Shown: positions 49,653 through 62,226, counted from the first letter of the stretch. The stretch: 62,529 bases of DNA from Carcharhinus longimanus (GCA_030264375.1 JASCQW010000162.1:42790411-42852939); one strand, 5' to 3'. The notes: generated by a model not told the origin, from the letters alone. Made by a program: numbers and translations.

Positions 49653-50905
49653 NNNNNNNNNNNNNNNNNNNNNNNNNNNNNNNNNNNNNNNNNNNNNNNN
49701 NNNNNNNNNNNNNNNNNNNNNNNNNNNNNNNNNNNNNNNNNNNNNNNNNNNNNNNNNNNNNNNNNNNNNNNNNNNNNNNNNNNNNNNNNNNNNNNNNNNN
49801 NNNNNNNNNNNNNNNNNNNNNNNNNNNNNNNNNNNNNNNNNNNNNNNNNNNNNNNNNNNNNNNNNNNNNNNNNNNNNNNNNNNNNNNNNNNNNNNNNNNN
49901 NNNNNNNNNNNNNNNNNNNNNNNNNNNNNNNNNNNNNNNNTTGCAACTACAGACATGGTGGAGGCAATGGGCATTTAAATTGGGGTTAGAGTCATTGGCC
50001 ATGCAACATTGAGACAGGCCTCCAATATTACTGCCATCATTGTGCATCCCAGTGCCCAGCAGCATTCTCTATTGGAAATCAGAGAACCCAAAAATTAAAA
50101 TCACCAAGTGCCCCAAAATTGAGCTACGCCCACATACTTGTGTGACAACAGTCCTGCCCCAGGACGTTTTTTTCTTTCAATCGTGAAAAATTCAAGATAG
50201 AAACTATGTAATTTAAAATTAAGGAACAAAAACAGATACAGAAAAGAGGGCAGGGAAATAGAATCAGAGAAGAGCTTCAATTGATTTTAATTCATTGGTT
50301 GATTGTTCTTTGATTCGCTGTTAACTATTTTATTGATGGCAACATAAGGAGCTTTTGAAATCATATGCAAATTTGAAAAAATAAATTAATATTTTTATTT
50401 GAAAACATGACTTCTTCATGTTGTTTCATTTTTTAAAAAATACACAAATTTTATCACCTACATGGTTGATTTAATTTGTATCAAAACTTAAGGCTGAGAC
50501 AGTTTGCAGTAAAACAGGCTCCTGCCTTGTTCAGTTCATTTGTCCAATGATAAACCTCACGTGGGAATGCTGGTAGGCAAAAGCTTGTACTTGATATTAA
50601 CCAGCTGTGGATTGAAACCCATTTTATGTTACGTTGCTAGATGAGCCAACAAAGAGCCAGCCGACTGGTTTGAAAAGAAGATGGAGAAAATTAGCAACAA
50701 AGTACAGAGGAGTCATCAAAGATCATTTAAACCCCAGCTATTTAATCTGTCAGATCTTCAATCCACAATATTCTTCATTATTCCGTTGTCAATTTTATAT
50801 TTGAAGTTCAATGCCACATTTTGTTTATATGCTTTAATGAGTACAAGTGAATACAAATCTTTCAACCCATAATTAGTTTACACACATGATATGGAAACTG
50901 GAGTA

Positions 50906-50973
50906 TTTTATTATTTATTAGTCACAAGTAAGGCTTACATTAACACTGCAATGAAGTTACTGTGAAATTCCCC
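50906..50973 (-). mobile_element. Isolated SINE tail type B
   Basis: ttattagtcacaagtaaggcttacattaacactgcaatgaagttactgtgaaa. Confidence 0.75.
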
Positions 50974-52506
50974 ATGTCAGTTAGAATGGTAGAATGTTGT
51001 TTTAGATGCAGAATGGCAAAATAATTTGGCACATCTTTTTAGTGGCAGCTATTAAAAGGAAACATTATCCTTTCAGTAATCAGTCTTCATGCTTGTGGAG
51101 ATCATGTACGGTTGGAAATTGTTTTTGACAACTGTTTGATGCAATACAAAGCTGTACCATAAGCATACTCCCAACGTGTAGCCCACAAAAGTAGAAAGAG
51201 AATTTTTGTTTGCTTGTAGATGGCAAATGCGTTAGTTATCCCTTTTCACAACAACAGCATTTTCCAAGCTCTATTCTTGCAAGATATTTGTCAGAGTTTA
51301 CATAATAATAGGTTATTAGTAAGAAAGTGTTAACACTAACCCCTGCAGGTTTAGCTACCTCCCCTGAAAGTGCTGACCTGTCAGTAAATGATACCAAACT
51401 CCTCCATGCAACTACAACAACTTTGTAATGTTTAAGTGCTTTTGATGACTGTTGCTGCTGAAATTTAGTTTCCATCTGGCCCAGGTCCTCGGGGCTTTGT
51501 GGTTTTTGCCTATTGATACAGGCCAGGTGGTCGAGATGTGGGAGCTGTCTGTCATTGATTCAAAAATGGGACATGGCTGTAGCTGGCAGAATATGAGGAT
51601 GTATGGAAACAAAAGGCAGTGACAGCTGTGGCAGGCAGTGCAGGAGAATTCCATTCATTCCTTAAGAGCTCTTCTGTTAAAGCTCAGCAACACCTGGAGG
51701 TGTACTTAGTAATGTGTTACTCCGGGGAAGTACGATGCCAAAAAAAAAGCTTTCCCTGAGCGAGGACTGCAAAATGTAGACTTTCTAGACAGTTCTGCAT
51801 GTTGGGTGGCTGCAAAGGATTTCCTGATTGCTTGCACTGCTTAAGGGGTGATGTTATCATCTTTTGTGAGTTTATTGGACAGTTCTATTTCTAGAACAGA
51901 CTGAATTAGAAACTTGGCCACGTTGGCGGTGGGTAAAATATGTGAGCTTCATCATCTATCTAGTGCAGTTTGAACTGGTGGCCCAGAAGTTTCTGAAATG
52001 GTATAATCAGCAAGTTATGCTGAAATATATACCAATCCTCCTGTCGAGGAGATTTGTATTAGTATGCACATTGGGGCCCAAAAAAAGCTCTGAATGTACA
52101 ATCCCACCCCTATCAAGTCCTCCTTCATCCATGAAAATTAAAGTGTGGAGCCTTCAAACCATCATCTATCTGCATTAGATACAGCATTTTTTAGAAATTA
52201 CAATTGTGCAAATTTTCAATAATTGATGCAAATTGTTCTGATGCCGTGAAGATGCATGCCAAAATCCAGAAATTGAATTGTAGGAATCAGTGAGGAAAAA
52301 ATTCAAAAGAAAATGCTTAAAAATTGACATAATGGGTCCTCAACTGTGCCTCAACTTTAAGGAATAAATTTGCAGCCCACACAGAACTGATGCAAATTTA
52401 GGATTTTCACATTGGCTGCTCTTTCTAGAGTAAGATGTGGAGAAGCAATGTGAATCAGAACATTTCAGCATTAGACATTCAAAAAAGCATCAGATTAAAA
52501 CATATA

Positions 52507-52953
52507 GGGAGAATTTTACAGTCCACATTGGTATATTTGGAGTTGGCAGAAGGGCTGTAAAATTGGTCGGGAAGCTTCCCTGCCTGCCATGACCTCATGA
52601 CCTGTCTGCAACATGGCAAGGTCAGGAAATTCCTAGTTTGAAGACCCCTTATCCTTACTTCAGTTGAGGCCCTTAAGTGGCCAATTATTGGACTAATTTT
52701 TTTTTGACTGTGGGGAGCTATTCGGGAATTGGAGGGAAGCTTATCAGAATATCCTGTTTGGGTCACAGCATCCCCCACCCACCACCACCCCCCCATNNNN
52801 NNNNNNNNNNNNNNNNNNNNNNNNNNNNNNNNNNNNNNNNNNNNNNNNNNNNNNNNNNNNNNNNNNNNNNNNNNNNNNNNNNNNNNNNNNNNNNNNGGGT
52901 CACAGCATCCCCCCCCCACCACCACCCCCCCATCCTGCTTCACCCCCCCCCCC
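52507..52953. mobile_element. Harbinger-type MITE remnant with a C-rich tandem unit around a gap
   Basis: Starts gggagaattttac. gggtcacagcatccccc..caccaccaccccc occurs on both sides of the N run. Confidence 0.45.
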
Positions 52954-53204
52954 AAATTTTGCAGATGTTGGAAATCTGAAACAAAAAAAACAGAAAATGC
53001 TGGAAACAATCAGTAGGTCTGCCACGTTTGTGGATAGAGAAATAGAGTTAGTGTTCCAGGTCAAGGACCTTTATTATGTTTCTCTCAACATGAATGAAGC
53101 CAATGGATACCTAAACATCATCCCATTTGAAGCAGGAGCCAGCACAGTAGTCTTGCTTTCTTTAATACCATTCCCCACTTGCTTTCCCTGAAGCATTTCT
53201 CTTT

Positions 53205-53795
53205 AGGAACATAGGAACATAGGAATTAGGTGTCAGAGTGGACAATTCAGCCCTTTGAGCCTGCTATGCCATTCTATATGATCATGGCTTATCTCCATCT
53301 TATCTAAATTCCATTTCCCTGCCTTTTCCCCATAGCCCTTTATTCCCTTTTTGTCAAATATTTATTGATCTCTTTCTTGAATGCATTGATTGATTTTTGC
53401 GTCCAGTGCATTCTGAGGCAGTGAGTTCCATAGATTCACAACCTTCTGTAAGAAGTAGCTTCTCCTTTTCTTTGTCTTCAACCTTCTCGCTCTTACTCTA
53501 CAACTATTAACAGTCCTAGACTGTTCTAGAAGGGAGAACAGTTGGTTTACATTTACTTTATCAATCCCACTGAGTATTTTATATACCTCAATTCCACCAC
53601 CACCCCCCCCCAACATTCTTCTGTACTCCAGCGAGTACAAGCCGAAGCTACTCAACCGCTTCTCATTTGACAGCCCTTCAAACCTGGAATCAATATGGTG
53701 AACCTCTTCTGAACTGCCTCCAGTGTCACTACGTCCTTCCTCAAAGAAGATGACCAAAACTGAACATGATACTCTAAGTGTAGTCTTGCCAATGC
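53205..53795 (-). mobile_element. CR1 LINE 3' fragment
   Basis: HLEYHVQFWSSSLRKDVVTLEAVQKRFT..YFLQKVVNLWNSLPQ, with a ggaacataggaacatagg tail. A Rex1 tail abuts at 53798-53883. Confidence 0.88.
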
Positions 53796-53919
53796 CTTTG
53801 ATTTGAATTTGATTTGATTTATTATTATCACATGTATTAGCATATAGTGAAAAGTATTGTTTCTTGCACTCTATACAGACAAAGGCTGTGTAGCGTGCAA
53901 GGTATGGGGCTAAAGGTAT

Positions 53920-54726
53920 ACAAGTCTTCTAGTCCTGATGGAATCCATCCAGAGTACTAAAAGAGATGATGGGAGAAATAACAAATACACTAGTGGTAGT
54001 TTACCAAAATTTACTGGACTCTGTGGTGGTTCCCGTAGAGTGGAAAACAGCAAAAATGACGCCACTGTTTAAAAAAGAAAGTAGACGAAAGGCAGGTAAC
54101 TATAGGCTGGTTTAGCTTAACTTCTGTAGCAGGGAAAATGCTTGAATCTATCATCAAGGAAGAAATAGCGAGACGTCTGGATATAAATTGTCCCATTGGT
54201 AAGACGCGGCATGGGTTCATGAAGGGAAGATCATGTTTGACTAATTTGGTGGAATTCTTTAAGAACATTACATGTGCAGTGGACAATGGGGTACCTGTGA
54301 ATGTGGTGTATCTGGATTTCCAGAAGGCATTTGACAAGGTGCCACACCAAAGACTGCTACATAAAATGAAGGTGCACGGTGTTACAGATAATGTATTGGC
54401 ATGGATAGCGGATTGGTTACTTAACATAAAGCAAAGAGTAGGGGTAAATGGGTGTTTTTCTGGTTGGCAATCAGTGACTAGTGGTGTGCCTCAGGGATCA
54501 GTGTTGGGACCACAACTGTTTATGATTTACATAAACGATTTGGAGTTGGGGACCAGGTGTAGTGTGTCAAAACTCATAGATGACGCTAAGATGAGTGGCA
54601 GAGCAAAGTGTGGAGAGGATGCTGAAAGTCTGCGAAGGGATTTAGATACTCTAAGTGAATGGGTGAGGGTCTGGCAGATGGAGTACAATGTTGGTAAATG
54701 TGAGGTCATCCATTTTGGTAGGAATA
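53920..54726 (+). mobile_element. CR1 LINE reverse transcriptase fragment (relatively young)
   Basis: HGFMKGRSCLTNL..YLDFQKAFDKVPH..SGVPQGSVLGP..IDD..KCEVIHFG. There is an in-frame stop upstream and the 3' end runs into a gap. Confidence 0.93.
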
Positions 54727-54924
54727 NNNNNNNNNNNNNNNNNNNNNNNNNNNNNNNNNNNNNNNNNNNNNNNNNNNNNNNNNNNNNNNNNNNNNNNNNN
54801 NNNNNNNNNNNNNNNNNNNNNNNNNNAGTCCTTTTCTCTCCTTACAGATGCTGCCAGACCTGTTGAGATTTTCCAGCATTTTTTCTTTTGGTTTCAGATT
54901 CCAGCGTCCACAGTAATTTGCTTT

Positions 54925-55563
54925 TAGCTCTGAAATCTTTGCTGGAATCAGGGTTTGATTTGGCCAACTCAAAATTGCACATACGTATTGCATTTGTGGT
55001 GATGATATAACCATTCTGACGATATTTGAAAACAAATTCCAGTACATGGTTCTCAAGATCAGGCCACTGGCCCGGTCCCTGCTCTCATGCCATATTTGGT
55101 CGTAGACAACTTCTTCTGGGTGGATTCTTCTATTCTCACACCAATTGTTCATTAACAATAACTTCCCTCACTGCAGCACAGTTAATTGATGAGCTAGCAA
55201 ATATTATAACTTTCAGCTTGGAACTAGTTTCATATTTCATTCCTTTTGGCAGAGGACCATTTCTGCTTGTTATTCACCTTGACATTCTGCTCTATGTAAT
55301 CCTAAACCTGTACACATCTTCCTGACAGTACAGCCTGTATCGTCTGCTTGATCATATGCACCAACTCATAAAGTGAGTAAAACATGCATTTCTGAGGTGG
55401 AAGATTGAGGCGGACTGCAAATGCAACTATGGCATGGCTTAGCAGGAGCAGAGGGTGGGGGGAGTGGCGGTGGGGCGGTCAACTATGCAGTGACTATAGG
55501 TGTAAACAATGATTGAGGGCACCAAAAAAATGCCAGGTTGACTTATGCACAAAATTTATAATG
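54925..55563 (-). mobile_element. pogo-family (POGK-like) DNA transposon fossil: left end plus transposase N-terminus (54925-55255)
   Basis: One minus frame reads KGMKYETSSKLKVIIFASSSINCAAVREVIVNEQLV*E*K..GQWPDLENHVLEFVFKYRQNGYIITTNAIR..AKSNPDSSKDFRA. This is a Brinker-type DBD plus a CENP-B HTH with stops. A TIR-like ggttgacttatgcacaaaatttataatgta lies at about 55535-55563. Confidence 0.8.
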
Positions 55564-56189
55564 TATGAGTGTCATCCAGAAGTGTGAGTTAATTCTATTG
55601 CTATAAGAACAGATTTCTTAGTGGAGAGCATAATGTGAATAGTGGCACATCGCTGGCTGCCATGATTAGTCAAATGATTCAACAAACATACTGTTGTACC
55701 ATGAAATTTGAACCTAAGTGATGACAGCTTTCGTTTCATAGAATGAGGAAGAAGTAACCCCATTTGTTATTTTGAACCTGTAGGCCTCACACAAAATGAA
55801 ATCCCGAACAAACCATTATCTGTCCAGTATTTTCTTAGCCACCTTAAAGACTATCTATTGCTTTCCTACACCTGCAGTCAGTACTGTATTCTTTTGGAAA
55901 CATGATTGCGCAATGTATAGTTTGACCTCCAACCATTCTGTTTAATATAGGCTAAATTAAAGAGGTTAACATCTGCTAAAGAATCTCAGTCAGTCAATGC
56001 TCCTCCAGGTTAGAGATTACAACCATTTTATCCTGTTTAAGCCTTTGGAGACTTAATTCAAACTTCTGCTTTGGACTGAATGGCATCTTAGCTTTAGCTG
56101 TGTCAAGGACGTAGCTCCTAATATTATCAAATATTTGGATGATAGGCAGTGAGAGGTGGAAGCCATTTAAGTGGTTACAGAAATTTTAT

Positions 56190-56790
56190 TCATCTACAAC
56201 ATTCTAGGAACTGGCAGAGAACTTTATGGCATGTCTAAGGTTCAACTCACCATTACATAAAAGTCGTCACAGAGAAAACATCATAAGATTCCCTGAAGTT
56301 TAAAATGTGATCAATTGCACACATGTGACTGTGAAAACGCCATCTGGTCAGCCAGGGTCTGTTGTCATTCGCAGATGTTTCCATTCCATCGATGTCCAGC
56401 TAGTGTAATCATTGTCAAATGTTGGCATGTGCCCACTATCCTGGGAGTAGTCAAGACTCTTACTTCGTTAGGCATGCCCAAGTGGCGTAGATGTTTTGTC
56501 TACCAGAGCCATTGGAGAGTTGACTTCTTGGAGACACACGACAAACACTAATAGGGCTCATGGCCCCAGTTAGAAATCTGCAGACAGAGGCTGAGATTCA
56601 TTAAAATGAGAGCCATCCATCTACCAGGGCTATCACTGGGCAGACCACCGATCATTGTGATCTGCTGCACCATACACAAGATGGCATTCCAGACTGGGGA
56701 AATCCTGGCAGAGATGATCTAATGGAATGAGCCAAATCTTCTGACATGGAATCTCAGGACAAGCAGGAAGTCATCATCAAACTGTGGGGC
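56190..56790 (+). mobile_element. PIF/Harbinger (HARBI1-like DDE) transposase fossil
   Basis: RFPEV*NVINCTHVTVKTP..FHSIDVQLV*..CAHYPGSSQDSY..*LLGD..LMAPVRNLQTEAE..NESH.STRAI..IIVICCTIH. Contains stops, frameshifts and an internal deletion. Confidence 0.85.
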
Positions 56791-57387
56791 TGTCTTTGAT
56801 CTCAGCCTCACTATATGACCTGCTGCTGTGTGACAACCCCTTAAAGAAAAGAACATTTACCTTAAAATGGGAGTCCAGGAATTCGGTTCCCAGTGGGACT
56901 CAGGGGTTCTGCATATGCACCAGCTGAAGAATGACTGCATATGTTTATTTGGTGGATTTTCTTGTCTTTAGGTCAAGAACTGCACTTGAGCAGAAGGAAA
57001 ATAAATGGCATGAAACCACAGGTCAAGTGACCGGAACAGAAGCATCATTGGAGAGGAGTCCCATGGAACAAGATAATGGGAGGAGAACAGTGAGAAGGTC
57101 CCAGAAGAAGGTCTCAGGCGGCGACAAAAGTGGCAATCAGAACAGATCCCAAATAATAACTACATATATCCTCTATAAAGGACGAGGACAAAGATCAGAA
57201 ATAGATCCAGTTGAACAAAGATGTGAGAAAGGAGCAGAGCAATTGACTCTGAGTTAAAGAGAAAGCTGTGGGAGCTGACTTAAAGCAAAGTGGGCTCGAG
57301 AGAAGCTGGAAGATTCAAAAAGGCAGCCAAAGATTGGTGACTCCTTACTGTAGGTCTTTAGTGCAACTGCATTCTGCATGGCACAAC

Positions 57388-58289
57388 TTGATTTGATTTA
57401 TTATTGTCACATGTATTAGCATACAGTGAAAAATATTGCATTTTGCACACTGTATAGACAAAGCATATCATTCATAGAGAAGGAAACAAGAGAGTGCAGA
57501 ATGTAGTGTTACAGTCATAGCTAGGGTGTAGAAAAAGCTCAACTTAACGCAAGGTAGGTCCATTCAAAAGTCTGATGGCAGCAGCGAAGAAGCTGCTCTT
57601 GCATCAGTTGGTTTGTGACCTCAAACTTTTGTATATTTTTCTGACGGACGAAGGTGGAAGAGAGAATATCCGGGCGCATGGGGTACTTAATTTTGCTGGT
57701 TGCTTTGCCAAGCTAGCGGGAAGTATAGATACAGTCAATGGATGAGAGACTGGATTGCGTGATGGATTGGGCTACATTCACAACCTCATGTAATTTCTTG
57801 CAGGCTTGGGCAGAGCAGGAACCATTACCAAGCTGTGATTCAACCAGAAAGAATGCTTTCTATGGTGCACCATAGAAAGCATTCTTTCTGGTTGTATCAC
57901 AGCTTGGTGATAAAAGTTGGAGAGAGTAGTAGCTGACATGCCAAATTTCTTTAGTCTCCTAAGAAAGCAGAGGGGTTGGTGGGCTTTCTTAACTAAAGTA
58001 TCGGCATGGGGGTACCAGGACCGGTTGTTGGTCATTTGCAAACCTAAAATTGTGAAGGTCTTCACCCTTTCTACTTCATCCCCATTGATGTAAACAGAGA
58101 CACATTCTCCTTTATGCTTCCTGAAGTCAATGACAATCTCCTTAATTTTGTTGCTATTGAAAGATTATTGTTACCACACCAGTTCACCAGATTCTCTATC
58201 TCATTCCTGTACCCTGACTTGACTTTGTTTGAGATCCAACCCACCATGGTAGTGTTGTCAGCAAACCTGAAAATCAAATTGATGGGGAT
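57388..58289 (-). mobile_element. Rex1/Babar-type LINE 3' portion
   Basis: FADNTTMVG.IS..YRNEIENLVNWC..NNL and KKAHQ..FLRRLKKFGMS motifs, with a (tttga)n tail at 57388. Confidence 0.9.
57827..57908. repeat. 82-bp spacerless palindrome (foldback duplication) inside Rex1
   Basis: accaagctgtgattcaaccagaaagaatgctttctatggtg|caccatagaaagcattctttctggttgtatcacagcttggt. The arms match at 40 of 41 positions. Confidence 0.95.
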
Positions 58290-58945
58290 CCTTGTACAAT
58301 TGTAATAATACTTCTCTACTTTGATACTCTGGACCCTTTGCATACATGCCAAGATTCCATTTGTCTTCCTCATAACATTCTTTACCTGCATACCCACTTT
58401 CTGAGACTCATACTGAAGAACACCCAGATCTCTCTGGATAAACACCTTTTGAATCTGTTTCCCATTTAAATAGTAATTTTCCCTTTTATTTTTCCTGCCA
58501 AAATGAATAACCTTGCATTTATCCACATTAAACTCCTTCTGCCAGATTCTGGCCCATTCCCCTGGCCTGTTGATATCCGTTTGTAAATTTTTATGTCCTC
58601 ATCACAGCCTGCTTTCCTAACTATTTTTATGTTGCCAGTAAGTTTCACTATGTTGCATTCTGCCCCAGCTTGTAGATCATTGATATAGATTGTTAATGGC
58701 TGTGGTTCGAGAATGGAATCCTGTGGGAGTCCACTAGTTATAGATCACCAACTGGAGATAGACCCATTTATCCCAATGTTCTGCTTTTTATGAGTCAGCC
58801 AATCCTCAATCCAAGCCACTACTATACCCGGAATGCCTTGGGATTTAACCTTCTGGATCAGTCTCTTGTGTGGCACTTTATCAAATGCCTTCTGGAAGTC
58901 CAGATAGATCGCACTCACAGGATCCCCATTATCTACCTGGCTGGT
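58290..58945 (-). mobile_element. CR1 LINE RT fragment
   Basis: IYLDFQKAFDKVPHKRLI and DKCKVIHFGRKN..QRDLGV motifs. Confidence 0.88.
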
Positions 58946-59099
58946 TATGTTATTTACTGTCTGCTGAGCAAGCATATTTTCCCCCCATGATTTCTTCTCT
59001 TCTGCTTTCTGAGGGGTCAAGTTCCTTTTTGTTAATCATCTGTGTGTCATTGTCCAGTTACTAAGACCATTCTCTTCCACTCTCATTTCCAGCACACAA

Positions 59100-59530
59100 A
59101 TTAGGAGCAGGAGAAGTCCTCTCGGCCATTCAATAAGATCATGGCTGATCTGATTGTAACTTCAGCTCCCACATTCCTGCCTAACCCCGATGAATAACAG
59201 GGGGGGATTAAGAATCTATCTGGATCTGCCTTCAAAATATTCAAAGTCTCTGCTTCCACTGCTTTTGAAGAAGAGAATTCCAGAGAGACTCAATCCTCTA
59301 AGAAAAACAAAATCTCCTAATTTCTGGCATAAGTGAGTGGCCCCTACTTCTTGATGCTCTGTCGAGTGGAAACATCCTCTTCACATTCACCCTGTCAATG
59401 CTCTCAGAATCTTAAAGGCTTCAATCAAATCACTTCTCATTCTTCTAAACTCCAGTGGATAAACACTTCGCCTCTCCAGCCTCTCCTGATAAGACAAACT
59501 GCCCATTCCTGGTATTGGTCCAGTAAACAT
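59100..59530 (-). mobile_element. CR1 LINE 3' fragment
   Basis: ggccattcaataagatcatggctgatctgatt, a CR1 tail signature. Confidence 0.7.
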
Positions 59531-59699
59531 TACATTGCCTTACTCTTTCTCTTTCCCACTCAGTACTCACATCTTTTATTTTTTCTGTTCTCAAATGCCT
59601 GCACACTTAGTGACCATTAGTCATTCAGTGAAATGTTTGTGGGACTTCACCTGAGCTGTTCTCAAACTTTTGGTGATGGTTTTTCTACAGTCAAAAGCA

Positions 59700-60200
59700 G
59701 CAAATTCATATATGAACCCAGTAATGATGAGAGTACCGTAATGCATGTGCAAGATAGGTTGATATGGGACTTGGAGAGAAACTTTCAATTGATAGTGTTT
59801 CCATGATGGTCCTCCGCTTATCCTTCTGAGTGATGGAAGTTGCAAATTTGGGAATGACTGTCTAGGTTTACTTCAACATTGCTGCAGTGCATGCTGTAGA
59901 TTATAGACATTGAACCTTGAAAACACAGGTAATCAGATGGGTGGGTAGCGTGTTTACTGGCAGATTTGCTGTACACGTGGACCACATTGTTCTACATGAT
60001 ACCAAACATTTCTGGTATTGTTGCAGCTGTACCCGTCCAAATCAATGTTAAGTATTCCATCATACTCCTGACTTGAGCCTTGTGGATTGTGAAGAAGCAC
60101 TGAGGTGAAAGTGATTGAAATATTCTTGCAGCTATGGTGTTGATACAGTAGGCCTGCAGAAGTTTGCTTTATTCCATTAGTTGTGGAGCCCCTTAGTTCA
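59700..60200 (-). mobile_element. Old fragment of the LINE family at 20600-21800
   Basis: gtattccatcatactcctgacttgagccttgtgga is the reverse complement of the family motif at about 21380-21410. Confidence 0.5.
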
Positions 60201-60640
60201 ATCTATAACTTGCTGCTTTTGGTGTTTTAAACTGTATAAAACTTCACATGATTGATGGCTCATTCTTAAATTATGTCTGGTGCTGCTTTTTACATTATCT
60301 TGTACAATCAGCTAAAATAAGGTGATAATCCGCCTTATTAGAGATAGAGAACTAAGAGATTTTCCAAAATAACATTTTGTAATGATATCTAATTCCCCAA
60401 TTGCTGCTGGCAATCATCACCACATCGGCTGCACTGCTCCAATGCTCTCCTCCCTGCTTCAACCCTTCACTGGCCTCCATGTTTGAACCCTCTACGAGCT
60501 CCAACTCATTAATAAAGCTGCAGCCTACATTTTCACACACACAAAGCCATCACTCTATCCTTCCCAAGTTCCATTAACTCCTAAGCCCCAGTTGTCCGAT
60601 GTATTTCTAATATCCTGCGGACTCACTCAACCAGCACCTG

Positions 60641-61413
60641 TGTATGATGGAATTTAGTCAAACACCTCTGTATATATCAGGCAGAAGGACTACGTACACA
60701 AACTTATAGTAGATAGCCAAGTCGCAACTTTATTCCAAACAGTAAAAGACATAAATTTTACAACTTTAACAATTCTCTCTCTCTCTAGCTAATTGTTCAT
60801 TTAGAAATTTGTATACTATCCTGGATCATCGTGATTCCATCAGCGTATTGAACTCTCAAATCTGTCTCTCTGTAGTCTGGAAGTGAGCTGCTCTTGTTGC
60901 TGCTGTGTCCTGGCATGCTTCTGGGGGAAGTTTTCTTATACCTGTCTAGCTACCTTCTGGAATCTTCTGAGCATTTGGCCCATCAGTGCTTAGGGTTGAT
61001 TAGTTTCACATCATTGTTGATGGATTTCAATGGGTGTTAGTGAGTTTCAATGGTGGATCCTTTGTGTTTGTGTGCTACATACCTGGATGTCTAGTTTCAG
61101 TTTCTAATATGCATCACATCGTTTGTTTTACTGATGCATGTCTGTCCCATGTGTACTGTGGTGATTTGTTTCTTAGTAAATGTATAACCATCCTTTTCCA
61201 CCAGCTGGTTTTCTGGTGTTTTGGTGCATTGTCGGTTTTCAATTGTCAAAGCTTAAATCTTGCAAAGAGACTGAGTCCAGACTGTTTTGGACTGAGGTAA
61301 CCCCAGCAGGTCAATTTCTATGTCAGTTTTTATGTCATTTTGCTATGCCTGCACCCCTGGCCTGAGGCTTTCCCTAATGATTCCACCTTACTCAAGTAGT
61401 CACAGACTGCTAC
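60641..61413 (-). mobile_element. Possible solo LTR
   Basis: TG..CA bounded block (tgtatgatgg..ctgctaca) with a minus-strand AATAAA near 60730. No TSD confirmed. Confidence 0.3.
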
Positions 61414-62039
61414 AATAGTCAAATGCTCTACATTAGCATTGCTTTTATTTCTCTACACACAACCTTTATATTCTAACTTTAGACTTGTTTAACCATTACA
61501 TTTCAGTCATCTATAACCATCCGTTTTCTCCTTCCTTGCTAGATTCATTCTGCTTTAAACATCCCGGCCCCCTCCAACACCACCAAACCTCTCCTCTTTG
61601 ATAATCCCTTTGGTTCCTGTCACATTCTTACCCATTTTCCCTTTTCCCCTCTTACAGTCTTTTCCTAAAAGTTTAAACACTTTATGATCACTTCCTGCCT
61701 TGAAGGATACAATAGAAATGTAAATTATTATGGTGGTGGACAAAGGAAGCATTAATGGTGATGACGGATTAGCTGTTTGAGGGATGCATTTCAAATAAAT
61801 ACAGGCCTTCGTGGGCTGTCAAACAAAAGCTATTAATACATGGTGGTCATGTTGAACTTACCTCCATGCACATATTGAAAGGTGGTCTGGTTAATTTTGA
61901 CCAATATTTGTCAGCACTGCAATCTGTCTTTGAGCACGTGGCAAAAGCAGTGATTGTTTCTACAATCATCAATTGTAAAGATATCCAATTGAAAGCATAT
62001 TGCAGAACTATACCATAGAACAATGAGTTCTTTGTGTGT

Positions 62040-62226
62040 CTGTCTGTTTGCCTCCAATGAGTGGTCTGCCACATTGCACCATGTTTCCCATGATATTCCA
62101 TAATTTGCAGTTGTTCCTTATCCAAATTCAGACAGAGGTTTCTATCCATGGCAGTATTATGCAGTTCACAACATATTGTTATAGTTTGCAAATCCTTCCA
62201 GCATATAACATAATACCTCCTGACCA
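62040..62226 (-). mobile_element. Harbinger transposase C-terminal fossil
   Basis: WSGGIMLYAGRICK, a frameshift, then ITICCELHNTAMDR. This matches the HARBI1-like SGG.L.Y...VC.II..CC.LHN motif. Confidence 0.7.

Noticed and set aside
51250-51340. HFLTNNLLL look-alike of the missing RDH GHFLLTNLLL exon, and a similar stretch at about 48560-48625
   Set aside because: In-frame stops, no SRIVNVSS motif, and no compatible splice sites.
52760-52953. Direct repeat flanking an N gap
   Set aside because: It is probably an unmerged contig overlap or a collapsed minisatellite, and cannot be interpreted biologically.
54138-54866. 242-aa RT ORF as an active retrotransposon or novel RT system
   Set aside because: It is an ordinary CR1 fragment with an upstream in-frame stop, an altered FADD motif (LIDD), no endonuclease or ORF1, and it ends in a gap.
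58071-58526. 151-aa ORF as a chimeric protein
   Set aside because: It is a chance in-frame junction of a CR1 fragment and a Rex1 fragment.
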